From Thecamonas trahens ATCC 50062 (lineage: Eukaryota > Protista > Apusomonadida): a DNA stretch of 64,000 bases. The translations under genes were made by a program, and so were the position numbers. Shown piece by piece: positions 1 through 9,000 of this stretch (positions within the stretch are counted from its first letter, which is position 1; every line of letters begins with the position of its first letter). The notes under the pieces were generated by a model, which saw only the letters and a program-made list of their open reading frames with translations, was not told the origin of the DNA and made no database searches. The stretch is taken from positions 66,279-130,278 of the forward strand of contig NW_013657650.1 in assembly GCF_000142905.1 (NCBI RefSeq). Direction: 5' to 3'.

Positions 1-375
1 CGGCATGCTCGGAATGGCCCAGAGCTCTCCACCTCCAGCATTGGGTGATCCGAGCGGACTTGCCATCGAGCCGTGATGGGCAACAGCAGGCGGCGAGCCG
101 GCCATGCCATGGCCTGCCTGAGCAGCGGCGGGCGGCATGCCAGTGGCAGCAAAGTTGATCATGCCCCCAGCAGCGGGCGAATTTGCCATTGCCATCCCAC
201 CGACAGCGGTGCCACCGTTGTGCGCAGGTGCCTGCCGGCCGCCTCCACCACTTGCACCAGCCATAGGCGGTGTGCCGTCGCGCGGATAGCAGGCCACCGC
301 AGGGCCGACCTTGCCCACCGACGACGAGTCCGGCTCCTGTGCACAGGTAAAGGACGCCAAGAATACCGTCGACAT
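1..375 (-). CDS. 5' part of a gene running off the left edge; possibly uDENN/longin-type N-terminus
   Basis: My translation from ATG at 375 stays open to base 1: MSTVFLASFTCAQEPDSSSVGKVGPAVACYPRDG...ELWAIPSMP. The FLASF..GP.V..YP pattern resembles uDENN starts. It is absent from the ORF track because there is no stop in the window. Confidence 0.5.
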   Translation of the reverse strand, partial: MSTVFLASFTCAQEPDSSSVGKVGPAVACYPRDGTPPMAGASGGGGRQAPAHNGGTAVGGMAMANSPAAGGMINFAATGMPPAAAQAGHGMAGSPPAVAHHGSMASPLGSPNAGGGELWAIPSMP

Positions 376-530
376 ACTTGCTCACCTCTTTGTGTTTCGT
401 GTCAGTGAGTGAATGGGCACGTGGTGCGTCAAGTGTGGTGAGGAGGGGAAGGGGGGAGGGGGGGAGGAGGGGAAGGGGGGAGGAGGGGGAGGGGGGAGGA
501 GGGGGATCCTCTTCTTCCACCCACCCAACC

Positions 531-690
531 ATTAATCCCCCATCCATTAATCATACCCCAGACCACCCACCCACCCATCAATTAATCCCCCATCCATTAA
601 TCATACCCCAGACCACCCACCCACCCATCAATTAATCCCCCATCCATTAATCATACCCCAGACCACCCACCCACCCATCAATTAATCATA
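531..690. repeat. 50-bp tandem repeat, 3 perfect copies plus a partial copy
   Basis: The unit attaatcccccatccattaatcataccccagaccacccacccacccatca starts at 531, 581 and 631, with a partial copy at 681. It lies between divergent genes. Confidence 0.95.
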
Positions 691-809
691 GCCGCCCTCC
701 GTGTCCGTTTGCGAAGCCACCCCTCTCCCCCCCCCCCCCCGCCCTCCCCCCTTCCCCCCCTCCCCTCCCCCCACCCGGATACCCCCCCCCCCCCTCCACA
801 TACCTCTCG

Positions 810-2738
810 ATGAGCAACCAGTCGCAGCCGTGGCGGCAGCGTGCGCAGGGGATCCTCCCGGGCGGAGGACAGAACGAGAGCGGGTACGAGAGCGAGCTGC
901 GTGCCTACGAGGCTGGGAAGGCCAACTCGATGAGCCACGAGATTGGTCGCCATCGCCGGGCCGTTGCTGCCATCCGCCCTGCAGGCACTGCTCCCCGTGC
1001 CGACAGCAACTTTGATACTCGCCTCTCCAACCCATCGGCTGCCCGTTCTTCCCGCCGCTCGCGCCCGGACCACCCCGCCAATCGCTCGTCTATCAACGAG
1101 CACATCATGCCCGAGTCGGTGCCCGAGTCCGATGCCACCCGCGCACGCGCCACCGCAACCTCACTCTCTTCAGATCCCACGCGCCTCAATACTGTCTCGG
1201 CTTCATCTGGCTCGACTCCCGGCCGCTCGCCGTACACGCCTTCAGGCGCTGTCACGGATCGCTCACACTACTCGGGCGGCGGCGGTGCGGCTCAGCGGAC
1301 GTCCGACGACTCGCCCTTTGGCCGCCCGTCTATGCGCGGTCGCCTGACCCAGGAGTACGAGGCCCGCCGCCGGGCCATTGCTGACCGCCGTGTCCGCGCC
1401 TCGAACCCGTCGTCCATCGGCCTCACCGCAAACTCGTCGCGTGCCTCGTTCAACATCATCTCCAACGTCCCGGCCGGCGCCCACGAGCTTCCGCGTGACG
1501 AGCCGCACGCGTCCGAGCGTGCTACGTCGAACCACTCGCGCTACAGCTACGACATCCTCAGCGGGCGCGACCGGTCGACCGACCCGAACGCGCCGCTCGA
1601 TCCGCGCGTCCGCCGCGCCGAGCTCGAGCACGGCCGCGAGAACAAGGTCACGCCCAACTCGCGCCGCCGCATCGCCGAGCCGCGCGCCGAGCGAACGTCA
1701 GGCAACATCCTCGCCTATGACGGTGGCTCACCCGACGAGCGCGCAACCGCCGCCCGCGAGCACGCCCGTCTCGCCGCCCGCCAGCGGGTCGTCGGCTCGC
1801 ACCACCACCGCTCGTCCTCGGACGGCTACGCCTACAACATCATCGCCCAGTCGTCCGACCTCGACCACGTCGACCGCAAGACCTACGTTTATGGTGACGG
1901 CGGCGGCCGCCTCCACGCCAAGAGCCAGATGCACAGTGGCTCGTCCACCGCTCGCGCTCGTGTCGACCACCTCGACGAGCTCTACCACAACCGTGAGCCG
2001 CTGTACCCGGACCGCCCGCGCGGCAAGCGCCGCGTCGGCACTGGCCACGGGAACGGCGAGCAGGTCAAGAATGCCCTCACCACAGACTCGCGGCGAACAG
2101 ACGCCCCGCCCGACGACCCGCTCATCGCCGCAGACACCGGCCGCACCATGCACCATAAGCCAGCTCACACGCTCCGCCACAACCGCGACGTCGACCACAT
2201 GTGGTACACCCGCCCGGACCCGTCGCCGCCGGCTCGCCGCCACAAGATCATGCCCGACAACGCACCCAACGTCGACTCGGTCTCCAAGGACCTGCCCTGG
2301 CTCACAGGCGCCGAGCGCCGCGCATACGACGCCCAGCGCCGCCGCGACGAGTCCGCCGCAGGCTCGCCGCGCCGCCGCGGACGCAAGCTCGTTGCAGAGC
2401 CCGACCACATGTACGCCGTCCTCCACGGCGAGCGCAACCCGCGCCGCCATGACCCTGCAACTGGCAGCTACGAGCCACACCCGCCGCCCCGCGCAGGCTA
2501 CGACGACGCCTCGTCACCGCGACGCCCTGCCCGCCGCCCCGCAGACACCCTCGACTCGATCGGCTCCGTCCTCGCCGCCCCGCCACCCGGTCCGCCCTCC
2601 TCCTACGAGGAGCGCTTCCGCCAGACCCGCGAGCAGGAGGAGTCCGCCGCTCGCACCCGACGCGACCGCTCCAAGGCGTCGGGCGCGCCCCCCTGGGCTG
2701 CTCCCGGCGGCAAAAACTCGCCGCGCCGTCGCTGGTAG
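810..2738 (+). CDS. Hypothetical 642-aa Arg/Pro/Ser-rich disordered protein with short repeated Y/F-N/D-I-I/L motifs
   Basis: Long ORF with C/G-ending codon bias. Recurrent motifs are SFNIISN, YSYDILSG, SGNILAY and YAYNIIAQ, with a C-terminal PPWAAPGG. Confidence 0.75.
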   Translation: MSNQSQPWRQRAQGILPGGGQNESGYESELRAYEAGKANSMSHEIGRHRRAVAAIRPAGTAPRADSNFDTRLSNPSAARSSRRSRPDHPANRSSINEHIMPESVPESDATRARATATSLSSDPTRLNTVSASSGSTPGRSPYTPSGAVTDRSHYSGGGGAAQRTSDDSPFGRPSMRGRLTQEYEARRRAIADRRVRASNPSSIGLTANSSRASFNIISNVPAGAHELPRDEPHASERATSNHSRYSYDILSGRDRSTDPNAPLDPRVRRAELEHGRENKVTPNSRRRIAEPRAERTSGNILAYDGGSPDERATAAREHARLAARQRVVGSHHHRSSSDGYAYNIIAQSSDLDHVDRKTYVYGDGGGRLHAKSQMHSGSSTARARVDHLDELYHNREPLYPDRPRGKRRVGTGHGNGEQVKNALTTDSRRTDAPPDDPLIAADTGRTMHHKPAHTLRHNRDVDHMWYTRPDPSPPARRHKIMPDNAPNVDSVSKDLPWLTGAERRAYDAQRRRDESAAGSPRRRGRKLVAEPDHMYAVLHGERNPRRHDPATGSYEPHPPPRAGYDDASSPRRPARRPADTLDSIGSVLAAPPPGPPSSYEERFRQTREQEESAARTRRDRSKASGAPPWAAPGGKNSPRRRW

Positions 2739-2785
2739 CGCCATCGCCATCGCCGGTAACACAACAAGCCACATCTTGTCACTCG

Positions 2786-3541
2786 TCACGCCGACGATGC
2801 CGACGACGACGACGAGAACGGGTCGTCCTCGTCGTCGGCCGACGAGATTGACGCAGAGTACACCCCGCCATCACCGCCGCCGCCGTCGTCCACCCGCCCG
2901 AGCGACGGCGAATGGAGCCGCGGATCGGTGAGCGGCTCGCCAACAGGCGCCGCGTCGGCATCGCGGCCATCAGGCGCGTATTCGAGATACAGCACCACCG
3001 AGCTGTGCCGTCCGCGCCGAGCCAGATCTCGCGGCGACCGCCCATGGCGGTCGGTGGCGGCAACGTCGGCGCCGGCATCCGCCAGCAGCCGGACCACCTC
3101 CAGCTCGCCGTACTTTGCCGCACCGTGGAGTGGGGTAAAGCCGGCCGAGGTGAGCGCATGCAGCCGTGCGCCGTGGCGGATGAGCCACTTGACGCACTTT
3201 GTCGATCCGTTCACCGCAGCCAGATACAGCGGTCCGTAGCCCTCATCGTCTTGATGTTCCATAAGCTCTGGCGAGGCTCTCAATATCTTTTTCATGCGAA
3301 CTACAAAATCTTTTTGGCATGCCCGGTGCAATCGCTTCATCACTTTCTCCTCCACTCCCTCCACATGCCACAGCCGAGGCTCCGGCCGCTTCAGCTGGTA
3401 CGCCAAGTCCGTCTGGTCCGTCCACGACGGACCTCCTCCTCCTCCTCCTCCTCTTCCGCCTGCAAACGCCCCTGCCCCCAACGTGTACCCCGCGGGCGGA
3501 GTTGGCGGTGACCGCATGGCCTGGTCTGGGTACAAGCTCAT
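2786..3541 (-). CDS. Small ankyrin-repeat protein (about 3 repeats)
   Basis: GYGPLYLAAVNG, GFTPLHGAAKYG and GRSPRDLA ankyrin motifs. The likely start is MSLYPDQ at 3541, within ORF 2786..3673. Confidence 0.85.
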   Translation of the reverse strand: MSLYPDQAMRSPPTPPAGYTLGAGAFAGGRGGGGGGGPSWTDQTDLAYQLKRPEPRLWHVEGVEEKVMKRLHRACQKDFVVRMKKILRASPELMEHQDDEGYGPLYLAAVNGSTKCVKWLIRHGARLHALTSAGFTPLHGAAKYGELEVVRLLADAGADVAATDRHGRSPRDLARRGRHSSVVLYLEYAPDGRDADAAPVGEPLTDPRLHSPSLGRVDDGGGGDGGVYSASISSADDEDDPFSSSSSASSA

Positions 3542-4291
3542 GTGCAAGTGCGACAAGTGCGTGCCCGGCTTCCCCACCCCCCCCCCCCTGTTGCTGCCTT
3601 TGATCACGATCGCGATCGTGATCGCGATCGTCGCCCATGGCACCGGGCACTCAACCGTACCGCAACGCATCACCAGCTGCCACCGGTTGACATCGCATAT
3701 GGTTGTGGCATTACTACAAACCGTCAGAAGGTAGTCGGGAGGAAGACAAGATGTGGTAGCAACCGTTTTTTACTTTGATCTCTTTGTCGGCAAGTCATCG
3801 CGGCGGATGGAAGGTACGCGTACGCCGCCACATGTGTGATCATTATCAGTTCTCGCTGGGCGTACTCTAGCATGTGGATCACACTCTAACGATAGAATGT
3901 ACATGTGGCCAAGAGATGGATAAACGTAAACAGGATGTTGCACTTGTTATGTCCATGTAACTGATGCTCGAAAAGAGTATTTCTGTAGCGCGTACGAGCC
4001 CTTTATCCCGCACACACCAGATCATCCCTGTCTGCCAGGTGTCAGTACCCCTTTTTTTGCTCACTCTTTTGCACCTCCCCCTTCAGGGGACGGGGCTGGT
4101 GTTGGTGATGGATGGGGGAGGGGCTGGTGATGGTGTTCGATGGGGAGGGGTTGGTGATGGTGAGGGATGGGGGAGGGGCTGGTGATGGTGTTCGATGGGG
4201 AGGCTGTGGCTTGAGCCACCAAAACAGCATTTCGCGACCTTTTCCTGGTGTTTGGCGCAACGCGGAGGAAGGCGCGACCTTCTTGTGCAAC

Positions 4292-4345
4292 TCCATGCGT
4301 GTACGGTACAACAGTGCCTGGCAAGGCATGGTGCTATCCACATGG
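4292..4345. repeat. Direct repeat copy 1 (54 bp; partner at 5517-5570)
   Basis: tccatgcgtgtacggtacaacagtgcctggcaaggcatggtgctatccacatgg differs from copy 2 at 3 positions. Confidence 0.9.
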
Positions 4346-4469
4346 AACTGTCCCCCCGCCTCGTGCCCATCCCTCTCCGATGTGCTCCTTCGGTGCCGCA
4401 GTCTGCCTCTCCTTCCGAGCGCGCGTGCGTCGGAAAACGATCACACAGGTTGATCAAGCCCACCATGCC

Positions 4470-5225
4470 CTACTCACGGTCACACGCACCAGACGAGCTC
4501 TCGGACATAGGGATCGCACCACTCCCTTCAGAGCTCGTGCTGCTGCCCTCCAAGGTCGTCCGCTTCCGCGAGCTGCTGGTGTCGTTGGTGGCCATCGTCA
4601 CGGGCGTGATGCCCGCGCTAGCAAGTTGGATCCTCAGCTCGCGAATGGTACGCTCCCGCTCGCGAATGGTGTCCGCAGCCTCCGTCGCCTGCTTTGCAAT
4701 GGTGCTCGCCTGCTTTGCAATGGTGCTCGCCTGCTTCGCAATGGTGCTCGCCTGCTTCGCAATGGTGCCCTCCAAGGCATCGATCCGCTTCGTCAGCACC
4801 TTCAACAACACCTGGTTCGTCTCCGATTCGGATGCTGCCATGGCTCCTATCGAGTCAAGTATATCGCCACTTCCACCACCGCCGGCTCTCCGCCACTCTG
4901 CCCGTGCCACTCGCCGCAGCATGCGCTCCCCTACGCCGCGACGCGTCCGCCATCGCCGCCGCCGCCGCTCCGAGCCACCCCGCCGGCATCTGCGTCCGCG
5001 TCGTTCGCCAGCCTTTCCCTCCTCGCCCTTCTCCTCGCCTTTCCCATCCAGCTCTGTCCGCTCTGCCTCTTCTCCCACGCCATCGGCCACCAACCCGAGC
5101 ACCACCACCGCATCGTCGTCTTGCTTGCCGTCCCTGTCGGTCCGCATCTCGCTGCCACGGTCACCGTTGTCGCCCGCCACCGCCTCTGACCTGCACCCCT
5201 TCCCCGGCCCTTCCACCGAGGTCAT
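4470..5225 (-). CDS. Possible hypothetical coiled-coil protein with (TIAKQAS)x4 heptads
   Basis: Part of ORF 4470..5549. A 21-bp tandem repeat at about 4685-4768 encodes heptads inside a helical segment. The Arg-rich middle looks off-frame, so this may be a relic. Confidence 0.4.
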   Translation of the reverse strand: MTSVEGPGKGCRSEAVAGDNGDRGSEMRTDRDGKQDDDAVVVLGLVADGVGEEAERTELDGKGEEKGEEGKAGERRGRRCRRGGSERRRRRWRTRRGVGERMLRRVARAEWRRAGGGGSGDILDSIGAMAASESETNQVLLKVLTKRIDALEGTIAKQASTIAKQASTIAKQASTIAKQATEAADTIRERERTIRELRIQLASAGITPVTMATNDTSSSRKRTTLEGSSTSSEGSGAIPMSESSSGACDRE

Positions 5226-5276
5226 AACCGCCCCAGCCAATGGAGTATGTATTGCAGGGCGGATGAGGTGTGTGCG

Positions 5277-5326
<50 letters not shown>
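5277..5326. repeat. Compound (TA)n(TG)n microsatellite
   Basis: Directly visible. Confidence 0.95.
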
Positions 5327-5327
<1 letters not shown>

Positions 5328-5516
5328 ATGTGGATGTGGGCGACGCGTGGTCGGCCCAGAACGAACAGCCGCATGCTGACCAACAACCGGTGCAGGTGCA
5401 GCCAGCTGGTGATTGATCGAATGAAACGGGTTGGGCGACGGGCTGACCAGGTGGTGATCGATGGGCTTGAGCTGGTGGTGGTGACCGATGGGGAGGGCGC
5501 TATTTTTCTTTGTAGG

Positions 5517-5570
5517 TCCATGCGTGTACGTTACAACAGTGCCTGGCAAGGCACGGTGCTATCTACATGG
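5517..5570. repeat. Direct repeat copy 2 (partner at 4292-4345)
   Basis: tccatgcgtgtacgttacaacagtgcctggcaaggcacggtgctatctacatgg. Confidence 0.9.
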
Positions 5571-5589
5571 CGCTGACCCCCATATCCTG

Positions 5590-5858
5590 AGCTGATCTGG
5601 CAGAGGGTATTCAACCAGCTGATCTGGGCAGAGGGTATTCGGCCAGCTGATCTGGCAGAGGGCATTCGGCCACTTGATCTGGGCAGAGGGTATTCGACCA
5701 TATCTGGCAGAGGGTATTCAACCAGCTGATCTGGCAGAGGGTATTCAACCAGCTGATCTGGCAGAGGGTATTCAACCAGCTGATCTGGCAGAGGGTATTC
5801 AACCAGCTGGACTGGCAGAGGGTATTCGGCCAGCTGACCTGGCAGAGGGCATCCGGCC
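5590..5858. repeat. 27-bp minisatellite, about 10 copies
   Basis: The unit cagctgatctggcagagggtattcaac recurs with small variants, seen as LVEYPLPDQ / AEGIQPADL repeats in the ORF track. Confidence 0.95.
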
Positions 5859-6016
5859 ACCGCTCTCGATCAAAAAGGGAGGTGGCGGCGTGAAAGGGGA
5901 AGGGCCCACCAGCGAGAGCGTAGCAAGCAAAGGGACAAGGCGGACGAGTAGCCATACACCTACAACAGCCTACATACGGGAGGCCACAATACCCTTCCCG
6001 GACGGGAAGCACCAAC

Positions 6017-9000
6017 ATGGACACGTCCGAGTCGTACATTGTCCTTCCCAACACCCACCCCGGACCACCTGCGCACGGCTCGCCCGCCACCGCCACCGCC
6101 ACCGCCACACCCATACCCATACCCACAGCTACAGCTGCAGCTACACCGACCTCATCCAACCCTTTGTCAAGTGGTCATGATGAAGACCTTCGGCTTCCAC
6201 ACAGTCAACAGTCTCTTCCTGCTGACGGACCCTCGTTCTCCTCTACCCTCTCTATGACGCTGCCTGAGCTCGGCTCGGCTCGCCCTCACCATGGTCATGG
6301 TTATGGGCATGGTGGTGCTATGGAGAGTGCTCCTGCTGGACAGCATGCGCATCATCCACACGGTTTGAATTCGCAGCCGCTGGCCTTTGTCTCAGCTTCC
6401 TCGTCGCCGTACCAGGCCACAGTCTTCTCTCCGGCGTACCACACACTGCACGACGACGAGGACTCGGCTGGTCCTCCGCATTCTGCCTATGCATTGGCGT
6501 CTCCCGCAGTGGATGCGGCTTCCATGAACCATGCCGATGCTGATACCGGTCCGCAGGCCGCGCTTCCGCCGCGCGCAGTCCGTGCCCCGTTCCTCCGCCA
6601 GCGCGGCAACTCGGCGCCGATGATGCCGGCGTCGCGAGGTCCAGGCTTTCCCGAGCCGACCCACCATGTACCCCATGCTGCTGCGCCGACGCTTCCGCTC
6701 CAGCTCCGTGCGCAGCTCCACGAGCCGCATCATCTCCGCGAGGCGCGCGACTCGGCGCGCGAGGGCTCGTCCGCGCCGTACCTCGATCTAGAGCAGATGA
6801 TGGCGGCAAACGCGGGCGAGGCCAAAGCCGGCGGCGGCGGAGGCTCGGCCGGAGCCTCGCGGTACCCGCCGCCACCGCCTCCGCCACCAGCGGTGGAGCA
6901 GTCGTGGTCGCGGCAAGGCTATAAGGCTTTCGACGAGATCCACCCGCGCGACCTCAAGCTGACCCGGCTGCTCGGCACCGGCGGCTTTGGCCAGGTCTGG
7001 GCTGGACTTTGGGGCGGAACGCCGGTCGCCATCAAGCGGCTAAAGCAGCAGACCCGGTCCGGCGCCGTGACGCCCGCCAAGATCTCCGCCTTTATGGAGG
7101 AAGCACGACTGCTCTCGCAAGTCCGCCACCCCAACTGTCTGCAGCTGCTGGGCGTCTCCACCCGCGGGCCTGACGTGTGCATCGTAACCGAGTACCTCCG
7201 CGGCGGCGACCTCAAGTCTGCGCTCTTTGACTCGTCGCTCCTCATCCGCGACACCAAGAAGATCGACATCCTCTCGCAAATTGCGTCGGGCGTCGAGTAC
7301 CTCCACCGCAAGGACATCATCCACCGCGATCTCAAGCCGCACAACGTGCTCCTCGACTTTAACATGTCGGTTGTCAAGGTAGCAGACTTTGGCCTCTCGG
7401 TCGTCATCGAGCGACTCGAGTCACCGGCGAGCGGCGGCCCAGCGCCATCACGGGCGCGTTCCTCGTCGACCTTTCGCGCCATCGGCGTTGCAGGATCGCG
7501 CCGCTACATGGCGCCCGAGCTGTTTGTCGGCGGGACAGTGACGCCGGCCTCGGACACCTTTTCGTTTGGCGTCATCATCTGGGAGATGCTCTCGTCCAAG
7601 CGTGCATTTGACAACACTGACCGGACAGCCAACTGCTATGCCGGCCTCGAGCCGCCGCCGCCGTCGCTCCTCGCCTCGCTCCTTACCCTGCTTCTTGACG
7701 CCTGCCTCTCGGCGGATCCGGTGGCGCGGCCGTCGTTTGCCGACATTGTGGCCTCGCTTGCCGACGTCACCTCGCGCCTGGTTCTCGGCCAGGTCTTTCC
7801 TTCTGTTCCTGCGCTTCCGCTCAACTACGTCCACCGCGAGGCCTCATTTGCCGCCGCCAAGGACGCTCTGCTCTCGCTCGCAGCCAAGACCGACCACGCC
7901 GCCCAGCCGTCGGACCTCTTGCCCATCCGCGGCCTCTGCATTCAGGGCATGGGCGGGCTCGGCAAGTCGGTCCTTGCCGCTGCACTCGCTCGCGACGAGG
8001 ACGTTCTCCGCATGTTCCCCGGCGGTGTGCATTGGATCTCCATCGGCCAGTCGCCAAACACCACCCGCCTCCAGCATGATCTCGTGCAGGAGCTTGGCAA
8101 GCCGTGCCCCTCGTTCTCAGACGTCTCTGAGGGCAAGAACATGCTCGCCGAGCTCTTTGCACTCCCCTCGCACGCTCGCTCGCTCCTGGTCCTTGACGAC
8201 GTCTGGGTCACCGGCCACCTACTCCCGTTTGGTGTCCTCGGCCCCGGCTCGGCGTACCTGGTAACCTCGCGGATCCGCTCACTCGGCTCGATCATCAATC
8301 TCGTCGAGCTCCCGCTCTCGACGCTCGACCCGGCATCGTCGCTCGAGCTCCTTGCACTCTGGACCCACACTCCGGTCGAGAACCTGCCGCCGGCCGCGCA
8401 CAAGGTCGTCGAACGGTGCGGCAAGCTCCCGCTCGCGCTCGCCATGATTGGTGCCATGGTCCGCAACATGCCCTCGCGCTCCTGGCCTGTCGTCCTGCAG
8501 CGGCTCGAGGACTCGGTCCTCCTCTCCGACGACGTCGGCGGCGGTCCCGATGCGCTCGCGCCTTTGGTAGTCAGCTCAACCCTTGAGCTCGGTGGCATTT
8601 TCACTCCAGGCGACGTCATGCGCTCCATCGGCGTCTCGATCAAAGCCCTCACTGCGCTCCGCTTCCGGTACTATGACCTCGCCGTCTTTCCCGATGAGAC
8701 TGCGTTTACGCTCCCGGCGCTGGAAGCCCTTTGGGGCGCACTCCCGTACGAGCCGCTCGACCGCGCCGACGTCTCGCGCCTCGTCGAGGTCTTTGTCGAA
8801 AAGTCGCTGCTGCAGCACGACGAGAGGACCGGCATGTTGCGGCTTCACGACTTGCAGCGCGAGTACATTGTGACGGTCGCCCGCTCGCGGCGCGGCAAAA
8901 TGCACAGCCTCCACTCGCGGCTGCTCGACGGGTACGCTGCGCGTATCCCCAGCGCCCACGGCTTTGTGTGCTGGGAGCACGGGCCCGACGAGGCGTACTA

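Noticed and set aside
531-690. CRISPR-like array
   Set aside because: The units are head-to-tail identical with no unique spacers, the context is eukaryotic and there are no cas genes.
1378-2931. 517-aa alternative-frame ORF
   Set aside because: The Ser/Thr/Arg/Pro composition is typical of the shifted frame of a GC3-rich gene (810..2738).
3602-3623. 22-bp perfect palindrome gatcacgatcgcgatcgtgatc as a regulatory site
   Set aside because: It arises naturally from a short GATCNN hexamer repeat, and there is no evidence of function.
5590-5858. CRISPR array, or coding repeat ORFs (5531..5860, 5611..6159, 5674..6180)
   Set aside because: It is a contiguous 27-bp tandem without spacers. The ORFs stay open only because the unit is a multiple of 3.
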